Shown: positions 1 through 11,789 of the stretch, in pieces
How the letters are laid out: each line of letters opens with the position of its first letter
Numbering within the stretch: position 1 is the first letter of the stretch
Origin: Octopus vulgaris
Taxonomy: Eukaryota
Reading direction: 5' to 3'
Length of the DNA: 64,000 nucleotides
Assembly: GCA_951406725.2 (NCBI GenBank)
Contig: OX597821.1
Coordinates: forward strand, 37,572,001 to 37,636,000
Position numbers and translations under genes: made by a program
Notes under the pieces: model-generated
The model's input: the letters and a program-made list of their open reading frames with translations, nothing else
Database searches by the model: none
What the model was told of the DNA's origin: nothing

Positions 1-78
1 AGTGCGTAACTGGTACTTAATTTATCGACCCCGAAAGGATGAAAGGCGAAGTCAACCTCGGCGGAGTTTGAACTCATT
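1..78 (-). mobile_element. tRNA-derived SINE, family A (Meta/MESC-like core), partial at window edge
   Basis: Core actggtacttaatttatcgaccccgaaaggatgaaaggcgaagtcaacctcggcgga shared with more than 10 copies in the window. Confidence 0.85.
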
Positions 79-541
79 ACAGAAAGAACTTTGTCCTACA
101 CACATTTTGCCTCCAAGCAAACTCCGTCCCTTCGCTGTCTTCACCCCACCCATTGAATTACGTCTTCGATCCCTCCATTCTTTGTAGGGCTGTGTGCTTA
201 ATACCACCAATCCCCTCTCACAATGGGTATGGAACCTGTTACTGATGCCTTTTCATAAGGCCCTTCTCCGCACCTAACAACCTGTCTTTCTTCATGGATG
301 CAGGACATCGACCATCTCACTGGATGTCAAACTCTAACCTGCTTAGCCCTCACACTGTTGACATGTACGTCGTGACCTGCCGTCACCAGGTTAAACAGTT
401 TCCATTTTCAGAATGGTTCCCGCCTACATAAACTTCTTTGTCGATCACATCTTTTCCCACTACACTGGTCCCACTCCAGAATTATAGGGTAGCTACATTG
501 ATCACAGTTTCCTCACTACCCCTCTTTTTCATGCATAAATA

Positions 542-821
542 TACTTTTAATTAGCAATCTATTCGGTTGACTTATTTTATAATATTGAACATATTTTATA
601 GATATTGATCTATGCTTGTCTTTTCCTTTATATATTGTTCAAGGACGTTGGTTAAAAGATTCATGCTTGTTTTTATTAAGCTTCATTTTGGTGTGGTATC
701 ATGTTTGTGACATAGATTGAGAAACTGTCTAGTAGTCTACGTTCGTTGTATAGTCTATATATTTTAAGTCCTTGTTTTGCTGATTCTTGGGTTAGTGTTA
801 TCGTGTCGAGTATCGGTGGTT
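542..821 (-). repeat. 280-bp direct duplicate of 1634-1913 (PLE 3' end / pseudo-LTR-like)
   Basis: Near-identical at offset 1092; minus strand encodes ...RRLLDSFSI.VTNMIPHQNEA*. Confidence 0.85.
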
Positions 822-1633
822 TTAAAATTACTGGCCTGGTGCTAAAATTTGAAATCAATATTTCAATGATCTAGAACCTTTCTCGTCTCCACACCTTTCT
901 TAATCACTCTCCTTTTTCGGCTCCGCCTCTCCCTTTTCTGAGAAAAAACTCTCTCGTCTACATTCATCGTCCAGAACAGATATACTCATTCATTTTATTC
1001 CTCTAAGTCTACCTTGGTTTCCACCTGACATCTTCACTAGCAGCAGAGCTTATTCTGTCTGTTTTCCGTCGCCAGTTCGTTCCCCTTTAATTATATTTAC
1101 ATTACTTATGTCAAAGTTCGCTCGATTCACTCGGCAGATTCCTTCGAGTTTGAAATTTGATAACCACCTGCCCAATAAACTTTAAATGCTTATTTGCCTT
1201 CTGATTCTCAATGAGGAATTAAAAACCTTTGCAATATTTCAAAAGTTCACTCCTGCCTGATGATCAGCACAGAGAGAATCCAGAGTAACGTTTATGTTTT
1301 TAATGTTTTTCAGTTTCATTGAAACCTTACATTTAACTCTGCCTTTAGTATTCGATTACAATTTTCCTTAGGTTGACTACAATTTTCCTTCCACGCTCGT
1401 TCATTCATATATTTCATCATGAGTTATTCTCAGGTAACAAGCGCGTAGGCCGTTTCATGAATAATGGATTATTTAGTTTGTTTGCAGTTGGGACATTTTA
1501 TTAGTTACTTGTTTTAGTTAGGTAGTTTTTGCCTTGTCTTTATTGATCATATATCTTATAAATAATTTTTAATTTAATTTGATTCTAATTCCATTTTTAT
1601 TTAAAATTTTTATTCTTTTTACAATTATTTTTT

Positions 1634-2260
1634 TACTTTTAATTAGCAATCTATTCGGTTGACTTATTTTATAATATTGAACATATTTTATAGATATTGA
1701 TCTATGCTTGTCTTTTCCTTTATATATTGTTCAAGGACGTTGGTTAATAGATCCACGCTAGTTTTTATTAAGCTTCATTTTGGTGTGGTATCATGTTTGT
1801 GACATTGATTGAGAAACTGTCTAGTAGTCTACGTTCGTTGTATAGTCTATATATTTTAAGTCCTTGGTTTGCTGATTCTTGGGTTAGTGTTATCGTGTCG
1901 AGTATCGGTGGTTGAATAGTTTTTCCTTAGAATGTTTAGTTCCCTTCTTCGTTTGTATTATAATTTCAGGATCACAATGTACTTTCTGGGAGTGTTTCGT
2001 TTTATAGGTTACATACTATTTTGTAAGCCTGAGTTAATCTTAATCGTTTGTTTTGATGTTGCTGCTTGTGGCAATTGGCAGATGTTGATGCAATGGACAT
2101 ACTTTGTTATTGTTTCGCTTCTGCTGATTACAGTTGATTCTCTCAGGCAGCGTTTATGTTGCGAACGCTGTTGACGCCGCCGGATTGAATGGTCCTGCCC
2201 AGGTGTCGAAACCATCCTGATTTCGTTTGGCAGCTGATAATGAGAATACATATTCGTTAT
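1634..2260 (-). pseudogene. Penelope-like element GIY-YIG endonuclease remnant
   Basis: Minus-strand peptides GQDHSIRRRQQRSQHKRCLR (cf. GQT.R....R..EH) and ERRLLDSFSIN (cf. R..LES..I); stops and frameshifts. Confidence 0.55.
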
Positions 2261-2798
2261 GCTTGCTTGTGAATGTTTTTTTATGTCCTAGCCTCGTAAT
2301 TCTGAATTGTCCTCCATTCTAGTAAAGTTGTGCTTGTGGATTCATGGTTTATGGAGATTATTTACTTTGAGATTGGTTGTTTTTCTTCATAGATAATCAT
2401 ATTAAGTCTAGATAACGTTTAGATATTGATGCTTCTTTTTTTTTGTTGTTGTTGGAGGGGGGGTTCTGTGGCACACACACACACACATGCATGTATGTCT
2501 TACGCTTAGGCATTGTGATACTAACAACCTAGCATAGAATTCAATATGCATGCGCATCAGAAGGAAGCGTTGGTCGAGTACAGAATGGTAATAAGAAGAA
2601 AAATGAGATGACAAAAGAATAAAGAGTTATCTTATGAACTTCATTTGCTTACAGCCGTTTCTTCTATAAAATGTAGTGGGATCATAGTTGAGTGCATGAG
2701 TGTGATATATTACACATACACATTCACACTGGGTACATACATGTATATATTCTGTTTCTACCTTTCACATACAAATACACGCTGTATCGCTCTGCTAT

Positions 2799-2878
<80 letters not shown>

Positions 2879-2922
2879 GTATGTTTGTATTTATGTGTGT
2901 ACGTGCGTGTGTATATATGGGC

Positions 2923-2961
<39 letters not shown>

Positions 2962-3236
2962 CGCCCATATATACACACGCACGTACACACATAAATACAA
3001 ACATACACGAAAACAGAGGAGAAACGTAGCCATGTGCTTGACACTGCTCTGCTGATTAAAAGAAGGTATGTAAAAATATATTACGTTAATTGGTAAATAT
3101 GGAACGAAAAATATGTAGTTGTCAGTAATAAATATTGGGGTCACTGTGATCAACTAATAATCTCCGAAGGCGGTGCCTAAACATAACCACCGTCTAATGA
3201 ATGAGACTAATAGAAGAATAACCATAAGTATGTATG

Positions 3237-3280
<44 letters not shown>

Positions 3281-3281
3281 C

Positions 3282-3315
<34 letters not shown>

Positions 3316-3951
3316 AAATTAGTTTCTTTGAGATTTACGGTTTCCTTTCGTATAATCCAAACCACTCATTAAACAAATTGGCGAGCCTTGCACTTACGTA
3401 ATGCGTATGCATGACACTTTTGTACATAAGAGCTCGTATTTCCTTATTGTTTATATGTGTATGTAAAGCATATGCACTTGCATTCATTCCAGGAATCTCA
3501 AAAGGAGAATTCCTGAAGGATTTTACTAATCCACTCTATCTATAAGATACAAATGAGTTTGTTTTATTATTTCTTGGAAAATCCCAGCATTTCTAGACGT
3601 TTACACTCATCTCTTGTTACAAAACGCGGAGCTCCTTTGTCAATTAGTATTCATGAAAATCTTGAATGCATATATAAGAGTTGTAGATTTTTCCTCAGTT
3701 CGTCTCAGCCATTCTTTTCTCCACTGTGTATATTGCCAACAATCCGCGAGATAACTATGCCCGAAACAATATTCGTGAATATAATCGCTGAGAGACGACA
3801 TTCATATATTCATAATATATTTGGAGTCTATAAACGCAGACTAATATCTACAATCCCTGAACCCTTTTCCTCTAAGACAATCATTTCCTTTTTATCACGG
3901 GGAAAGGTTGTGGAACCGAATCTCTGGCAGAATGTGGTACGTATCTCTAAT

Positions 3952-4186
3952 CCTATTTCTTTACTACCCACAAGGGGCTAAACACAGAGAGGACAAACAA
4001 GGACAGACAAACGGATTAAGTCGAATATATCGACCCCAGTGCGTAACTGGTACTTATTTAATCGATCCCGAAAGGATGAAAGGCAAAGTCGACCTCAGCG
4101 GAATTTGAACTCAGAACGGAGCGGCAGACGAAATACTGCAAAGCGCTTCGCCCGGCGTGCTAACGTTTCTGCCAGCTTGCCGCCTT
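3952..4186 (-). mobile_element. Full-length family A SINE
   Basis: Minus strand: A-box-like TGGCAGAAACGTTAG, B box GAGTTCAAATTCC, core, tail ...gtagtaaagaaatagg; tctctaatcct repeated on both flanks (TSD-like). Confidence 0.9.
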
Positions 4187-4553
4187 ATGTCTCTAATCCT
4201 GAAACTCGTTTAGTGGGGTAGGGTTATACGAAAGTGTGGGTGTGAACTGCGATATCGCTCACCACCAAAAATAAGTACAGCCACACTCAAGGCCGCTGAA
4301 TCACAAGCCCTTCCTTCTTATCTTAACAGTTGTGATACAAAAAGAGAAGCTGAGGGTAAACATTTCCTTTGAGTGTTTATCACTTACCTCTCTCACCAAC
4401 ACTCCTGCTTTCTACTGACACTTTCCTCCCACTCCTTCTGTCTGTAATCTGACTCACCACATCATAACCCGACACAGAGGCCTTACCAACATTCATATTC
4501 TGGCTCGACTTGATAAATCTGGTCAATAAAAGTAGTGCTTCGAATCATCTGCG

Positions 4554-4622
<69 letters not shown>

Positions 4623-4664
4623 TCGCTGCAGTTTACTTCATGGTAGTAAGTAATGATCACAAAT

Positions 4665-4880
4665 TTCTAGCATAGGCACAAGGGCAAAGGTTTTGAGGGA
4701 AAGGAACCGTGGCTTATGCCAGCCAACCTTAGCATGTGATTGGATTGCTGTTTTATTTTATCGATCCCGATATCAATGAACGGCGAAGTCGACCCTGGTG
4801 AGATTTGAACTGAAAACGTAAAGAGAGAGAGCTTAAACTGCAGATTAATTTTCCTCGACCGCTCTGACGATTCTGCCAAA
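4665..4880 (-). mobile_element. Degenerate family A SINE (older tail type)
   Basis: ataggcacaagg tail and atcgatcccga...aagtcgaccctggtgagatttgaact core. Confidence 0.65.
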
Positions 4881-4939
4881 GAATAATTAACCGCCGATAA
4901 AATAATCAAATTTACCAATTTGTTAATTATTACACTTGA

Positions 4940-4940
<1 letters not shown>

Positions 4941-4993
<53 letters not shown>

Positions 4994-4998
4994 CACTA

Positions 4999-5050
<52 letters not shown>

Positions 5051-5067
5051 CACCACTACTACCACTA

Positions 5068-5116
<49 letters not shown>

Positions 5117-5166
5117 CACCACCACCACCATTACTACTACTACTACTACTACTACTACTACCACTA

Positions 5167-5223
<57 letters not shown>

Positions 5224-5238
5224 GCACCACCACCACTA

Positions 5239-5311
<73 letters not shown>

Positions 5312-5318
5312 CACCACC

Positions 5319-5394
<76 letters not shown>
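4941..5394. repeat. Compound (TAC)n/(CAC)n triplet microsatellite
   Basis: Seen directly; explains the poly-T/V/S/L ORFs. Confidence 0.97.
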
Positions 5395-5508
5395 TCATAG
5401 TACTGAAGCAGTATCGTCTGCTTTCCCGATATAATCACACAAAAAAAAATCAACTGCTACTGTTATAACTTGATTACTACAACTGTATTCACTCAGTTGT
5501 TACTGCCA

Positions 5509-5589
<81 letters not shown>

Positions 5590-5914
5590 ACACAAAGAGA
5601 ATGTCTCGCCTAGTTTTATTTTTCCCAGCAGTCAACTGCAAACCGAATTAAAATTTTCCTCCCACCGGACTTTATTCGTTGAGTTGCGTGGTGGTGGTGG
5701 TGTTCATTCCGTTCCTGTGACTCTTAATCTGGACTTACGAGAGAGCGTGAGTAGCCTCGTCGAAACGACAAACTTTAATGTTCTTAGAGAAAGGCATGTA
5801 TGCTACAACAGCCATTCTTCCACCTCTCAGAAGCTTTCCTGTTGCTTTTATTGCTATCACTAAAACTTCTGAGACACAAGGCCTGAACGTTTCTTTTATT
5901 TTATTGAATCCTTT

Positions 5915-6350
5915 CGTACTCCAGGCACAAGGCCCGAAATTTTTGGGGAGGGGGGCAGTTGATTAGATCGAACTCAGTACGCAACTGGTACTTATTTAAT
6001 CGACCCCGAAAGGATGAAAGGCAAAGCCGACTTCGGCGGAATTTGAACTCAGAACGTAAAGGCAGACGAAATACCTATTTCGTTACTACCAACAAGGGGC
6101 TAAACACAGAGAGGACAAACAAGAACAGACAAACGGATTAAGTCGATTACATCGACCCCAGTGCGTAACTGGTACTTAATTTATCGACCCCGAAAGGATG
6201 AAAAGCAAAGTCGACCTCAGCGGAATTTGAACTCAGAACGTAAAGGCAGACGAAATACTGCTAAGCATTTCGCCCGGCGTGCTAACATTTCTGTCAGCTC
6301 GCCCCTGAAAGGATGAAAGTCAAACTAGACCTCGGCGGGATTTGAACTCA
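5915..6350 (-). mobile_element. Cluster of three nested or abutting family A SINE pieces
   Basis: gaaaggatgaaa core at about 6008, 6192 and 6307; near-full copy at 6074-6303. Confidence 0.85.
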
Positions 6351-6486
6351 TTACAGAAAGAACTTTGTACAACGATGGAAATTTAGCTGCTATTTCTAGC
6401 AGATCGTTGATGTTGTTGCTGAGAATCGAATTGGTTTGTAATCGATTAAGTCCCCCACCTCCACGAATTTGTGGGTCTTCTGAGAA

Positions 6487-6523
<37 letters not shown>

Positions 6524-6609
6524 TACTACTTTTACTGCCGCCACCGCCGCTACTTTTACTCCCGCCACCGCTGCCGCTGCTGCTGGCGCTACCTCCGCCG
6601 CCGCCGCCG

Positions 6610-6692
<83 letters not shown>

Positions 6693-7204
6693 GCTGCTGC
6701 GACTTCTGATATCGCTGCTATTACGTCATAACCTCTGCCATTGTCAGCAGCGTTTTCGCAAGTGATAGGTGTGTGTCTATTAGTACACTTGTGAGTGTGT
6801 GTGTGTGTGTATGCGCCTGTGTGTGTGTGCGTGTGTGCCTGTGTATGTGTGTGCGTGTGTACGTGTATGTATGGGGTGGGTAGCTTCTGTGTATACGAGC
6901 GTGTCATGTGTGGGTGGGTGTTTGAATAAGCGTATAATTGGGTCTCTTTGTTCGCCATTGCATGGTCGAGTGCGTATGTAGGCGTGCATGCGTGTAAGCG
7001 TGTATGCATATGTGTGTGCGTTTGTACGTATTCGTGTGTGTGTGTGTGTGTGCGCGCACGTGCGCATGTTATAGAAGCGCGCGCGCGCATACGGGTGCAT
7101 TGTTATTGTCTGGTCCGAAGTCGGCTTTGGTCGACCAGGCTGGCGGTGGCGATGGGGTGGAGGCAGACGGCCAGGTGCAGTCTATATCTTTCATCTTTTT
7201 TTAA

Positions 7205-7400
7205 AAACTTGTTTCAGTCATTAGACTGCGGCCATGCTGCGGCACTACGCTTTGAAGAAGTTTTACTCGAACGAATCGATTGCAGTCCTTTTCCTTGTTT
7301 TCTTATTCTATCGGTCTTCAGCCGAACCGCTAAGTTACGGGTACGTTAACACGCCAAGGTTGTCAAGCAGTGGTGGGGGGCAAACAGACGCAAAAGACAC

Positions 7401-7454
<54 letters not shown>

Positions 7455-7578
7455 TCACTATCTCTCTTTCTCTCTCTCTTTCCTTCTCTCTCTTTCATTC
7501 TCTCTTTCTTCCTCTCTCTGTCTCTCTCACACACACACTCACATACAACAAGCTTCTTTCAGTTTCCATCTAACAAAG
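7205..7578 (-). mobile_element. CORE-SINE, family B (OR2-like), 5'-truncated
   Basis: Tail cttgtttcagtcattagactgcggccatgctg, gccgaaccgctaagttacggg, internal (CA)n; matches 43783-44172. Confidence 0.8.
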
Positions 7579-7599
7579 CCCTTCACAGCCCACGCCTGC

Positions 7600-7862
7600 C
7601 CCGGCTGTGTGGTAAGAAGTCAACTTCCCAACCACATGGTTCCAGGTTCAGCCCCACCAATTAGCGCCTTGGGCAAGTGTCTTCTAGTCTCAGGCTGACC
7701 AAAGCCTTGTGAGGATTTGGTAGACAGAAACTGAAAGAAGTTCCTCCTATATCTATGTGTATATGCCTTTGTATCCGTTTTTGTTCCCCACCACTACTTG
7801 TCAACCGGTGTTGGTGTGTTTACATCCTTGTAACCCAGCGGTTTGGCAACACAGACTGATAA
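7600..7862 (+). mobile_element. CORE-SINE, family B, 3'-truncated
   Basis: tRNA-like head ggctgtgtggtaagaag...ggttcagcccc, CORE motif ccttgggcaagtgtcttct. Confidence 0.8.
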
Positions 7863-8075
7863 AACACATACAAGACTCTATGCTTGGAATGACCAATTAT
7901 AAACACTACGGGAACTCACTCACGAGGTACAGGAAACTTATATATATACACCATTCTGCTTAAATAATGGAACTGCAGATACAATATCCTTACGTATCTC
8001 ACGTCTGTTTTCATTCCTCCACTTTACTCTGTATTTCATATCTTCTCTAGAATAACTATTACTTTTCTCGCACCA

Positions 8076-8122
8076 TCTCCGATGAAGAGATATATAAAAT
8101 ATTCCCGAAACAACTGTAAGAC
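8076..8122 (+). ncRNA. Minimal type-I hammerhead-like motif, degenerate (U4C)
   Basis: tct-CCGATGA-a-gagatat/atattccc-GAAAC-aact-GTA-aga. Confidence 0.5.
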
Positions 8123-8187
8123 ATTCTCTTTATAAAAGTTTTGAAAACTATTCACAGCCTTGGACTTTTTTTTATCTCATTCTGTTA

Positions 8188-8239
<52 letters not shown>

Positions 8240-8553
8240 ACACACACACACACGCGCGCGCGCACACACACACACACACACACATATATATTGATTTCAT
8301 TTAAAATTTTGGCACAAAGGCAGCAATTTCGGGGCATTACATCGACGCCAGTGCTCGACTGGTACTTACTTTATCGACACCGAGAAGTTGAAAGTGGTAA
8401 ATCATTTTACCTTTGCCCATATAATACAGCAAATGAATTGATTGCATCGCAATCCTTAACATTTATGTATTAACTTTGTTGGGTACTTCACTAGCAGTAT
8501 ATTGGATATATGTTATCCCATGGAGGGTTGCATTTACAACCCCTATCTCAATT

Positions 8554-8594
<41 letters not shown>

Positions 8595-8597
<3 letters not shown>

Positions 8598-9026
8598 TTT
8601 GACCTAGCTTGACACAAACAGCTAGCAGTCATCACCACAGCTGGCTTTGTCATTACCTCTATTCGCCAAAAATACACACACACACACACACACACACGCA
8701 CGCACAAACACACTTGTCATCTTGCACACACACACATAGGCATTCCCTTCTTTTTTGAACTCTCTTGCATTATAAAACCATTTTTCAACTACCTCCAAAT
8801 TCTGTTCTTTTCAACATGTGATCTCTTAAGCACCACCAGCTCAAATATTGTCTCCTCTGTCTTCCCTCCTTGGGATCTTTCCTTCTCCTTGTTTCCGACG
8901 AAGAGCTCCGCTCGAAACGTTAAACCCTCCTTCCCTTCTTTCCTGAGCGTCAATAATACTTTAATTGTTCCACGTCCTGCGTTGCTGTGTTTTTTTCTCC
9001 TTTTTTCTGTGTTTTCTTGTTTGGAT

Positions 9027-9029
<3 letters not shown>
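8595..9029 (+). mobile_element. Short HHR-bearing PLE pLTR-type fragment inside (TA)n
   Basis: (TA)n on both sides; holds the HHR at 8891; downstream ttcctgagcg..aatac..tccac also found in the 45031-45223 element. Confidence 0.6.
8891..8925 (+). ncRNA. Minimal type-I hammerhead motif (U4C, palindromic stem III)
   Basis: gttt-CCGACGA-a-gagc-tcc-gctc-GAAAC-GTT-aaac; stem I gttt/aaac, stem II gagc/gctc. Confidence 0.7.
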
Positions 9030-9066
<37 letters not shown>

Positions 9067-9091
9067 GTATGTGTGTGTGATGTGTGCGTGT

Positions 9092-9452
9092 GGAGGCGCA
9101 ATGACCCAGTGGTTTGGGCAGTGGACTGGCGGTCGTAGGATCGCGGTTTCGATTCCCAACCGGGCGTTGTGAGTATTTATTGTGCGAAAACTCCTAAAGC
9201 TCCACGAAGCTCCGACAGGGGGTGGTGGTGGCGAACCCTGCTGTACTCTTTCACCACAACTTTCTCTCACTCTTTCTTCCTGTTTCTGTTGTACCTGTAT
9301 TTCAAAGGGCCAGCCTTGTCACACTCTGTGTCACTCTGAACCTCTCTGTGAACTACATTAAGGGCACACGTGTCTGTGAAGTGCTCAACTACTTGCACGT
9401 TAATTTCACGAGCGGGCTGTTCCGTTGGTCGGATCAACTGGAACCTCGTCGC
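9092..9452 (+). mobile_element. tRNA-derived SINE, family C (OR1-like)
   Basis: A-box-like tgacccagtgg, B box ggtttcgattccc; 3' part resembles 63880-63955. Confidence 0.7.
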
Positions 9453-9695
9453 ACACATACTCTACTTCTAACCACACATGCAATGATTAGTGTGCAATGT
9501 TTATAGTCTGGTTATGTTCTACAATTCTACTCTCCTTTCTACCATAGGCACAAGGCCTTACAATTCTACTATTCAGCCTCTTTCTGTCTCCAGCTGGTTC
9601 TACTGAGGACCGCAGCACTTGCAGACCACTTGGTTCATCTACACTAATCGCTAACAGTGGAGGGAGCAGGTTTTAGGAGTGCAGAGAGGAAGCGG

Positions 9696-9735
<40 letters not shown>

Positions 9736-9959
9736 CGAAGATGGAGGAGTGAAAGACAAAGAGGGAGAAAGAGGGAGAGCAAGTTTGTGAAGCTGCTGAC
9801 ATTGTGACCGTGTTTTATCTTTTATGTTCTTTTTTCTGGGCTAAGCAAGAACAATAGTATAGAGAAACTACGTGTGTATGTGTGTGTGTGTTTGAATGCA
9901 TGTTGTGTAGGTGTATGTGTGTGTATATGTGTATTTCTATTGTCCTGTGTGTTTGTGTG

Positions 9960-10600
9960 GAATTTTATGAAGTCGTGGTTATGAAATTTGTGGTTTGATT
10001 ATAGAGTTGTGTCTCCTCCGGTTGTATCCTTCCCTGGAGTTTGGATTTATATCTCTACATGTGGGATACTTTTTATGGTTAATCGGAAGGTGTGCGGCTG
10101 CATCTCCGACTGTTTAGACCCCCTACAAACCAGTTAGATCGATGAGGACGATATTACTCTTACCTGGCGGGAAAACATAGGAAGGTAATAAATTCCAGAG
10201 AGTAGCATCACTGGAGTGGAATGTTTGTAAAATATGTTCGGTACATTGTTTTTGAAGTGAGTCACAACAGGGATTTCAAGAAAGGAGAGGCAGGTGTTTT
10301 GGCTAACTCAGAAGCAGATAATGTACAGCATTATGTTAGTGTAGAAGAATAGAAGTCGCTATAGCAGCAGTTGAATGTGGCGATTGAAAAGCGCAGCTCG
10401 TGTATGAGTGTAGAGATGTTGGAGATTCCTTTTACAGGTGTGTTCTGAAGCGCTTATATAGCATAAATAGAGTGCAAGATTAAGTTTACTGGATTTATTA
10501 AGGACATTACCTGGACGTTTTAGTATTTCTAATAATTCATTGCAGCAAAGTTTACAGCCACACTTATCATTTGTATAGAGTAAGATATGCTTGATTATGC
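9960..10600 (-). pseudogene. Highly decayed retroelement RT remnant, possibly Penelope-like
   Basis: Minus-strand YFTNIP (cf. LYTNIP) and SIPHVEI (cf. IPFLDV) fragments; many stops. Confidence 0.3.
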
Positions 10601-10650
10601 TCCAGGTAATATGGAATTCAACATTTTTATCCGGTTTAAAATCTTACCTG

Positions 10651-10731
10651 CTTAAAATTTTACCTGATGATGGTAATGTTTTATGACTATATTAAATAAA
10701 ATTTTACTGAAACAGCTGTTGCCAATTTTAA
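10651..10731 (+). ncRNA. Type-I hammerhead motif, canonical core, long stem II
   Basis: CTGATGA 10664-10670; stem II ggtaa..gttttat/ataaaat..ttact; GAAAC-agct-GTT; stem I ttaaaatt/aattttaa with an internal mismatch. Confidence 0.65.
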
Positions 10732-10875
10732 ACATTTATACACACACACGTACACATAATTGATAACGACAGAAGCAGTATTAATATCAAAAGGTTATGT
10801 TCATCTCCCACTAAAAGTGATTGTCGTGTGAGAACACAAAACACTACGTTATTTACCATGGGAGAACCTCTTGTA

Positions 10876-10931
10876 TGGACTTGCCATTGACAAGGCTTCG
10901 GAAGCCGAAATCACGTGATCTGGCAGTTCCG
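10876..10931 (+). ncRNA. Type-I hammerhead with U3-A8 core
   Basis: tggacttgcca-TTGACAA-ggctt-cgg-aagcc-GAAA-tcacgtga-TC-tggcagttccg; all three stems pair; predicted cut after C10920. Confidence 0.8.
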
Positions 10932-11189
10932 GTGGCCACAGCGGACGATTATCACCCGTCAGCGACACAAACACGGATGCTTATATGCACCACAAGTCCA
11001 TACGAGAGGTTCTCTCAGATAAATAACATGACATCCTGTGTTCTAACACAACCTCCATTTGAAGCACTTCTGCTTATTCCACGATTACAATCCAGTATGC
11101 ATTTGCTGTCGTTGTATTGCTATGAGGTACATATTAGAGTTGAAAATTCTGGGAATATTGATTGCAGAGTTATATAACAAAACAGTAAG

Positions 11190-11780
11190 TTGGGTTCTGT
11201 GCCAAAATGAAAAGAAGTACAGGAACACTATCGCCCTGGAATATTCCCTTTGAAATGCTTGTACTATCAGAATCAGTTATTCTGTTCTCGGTTCTAAGGG
11301 TAAGAATTGTTGTCCATGCCTTTGTGAGTCTCTCTATAGCAGTAATTAAAGTAGTAGGTACCTTTGCCAGATGTAGGCACTTCAACAACCATGAATGAAG
11401 GATAGAGTCGAATGCATTCTTATAGTCGAGCCATTCTGTCACAAGGTTTCTACGTTGTTTTCTTACTTCAGATAGTACAGCTTTGTTTATTAAAAGTTGT
11501 TCGACATATCCTCACACTCACTTCTTTCTACCAACCTGTTCAAGGGAATCTTATACAAGGACACAGATCGTGTCGTATAGCCAGCTGGAGACGATGTCTC
11601 CTGGGGCTAAATTACAGCAACATTCGTCCTGAACCAGGTCTGCCATGTTATGTTAGCAAAAATCTTTACTCCATCACCCTATCTATTAGAATATTGAATA
11701 TTCTTATACATCGCTTGTCACTATGCTCTTCCATTTTCTTCTTAATTCTACCCTTCTCTTACATTTGGTGCAGAATTATC
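11190..11780 (-). pseudogene. R4/Dong-clade LINE reverse transcriptase fragment
   Basis: EQLLINKAVLSEVRKQRRNLVTEWLDYKNAFDSILHSWL ... KGIFQGDSVPVLLFIL. Confidence 0.85.
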
Positions 11781-11789
11781 AACCATGTC

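Noticed and set aside
1257-1325. CTGATGA followed distantly by GAAAC
   Set aside because: No convincing stem I, II or III pairing
5730-5775. CTTACGA...GAAACGAC hammerhead-like trace
   Set aside because: G5 and U16.1 are missing and there is no stem I
9092-9165. tRNA-like sequence
   Set aside because: Acceptor stem does not close and it continues into a SINE body; the same holds for family A and B heads
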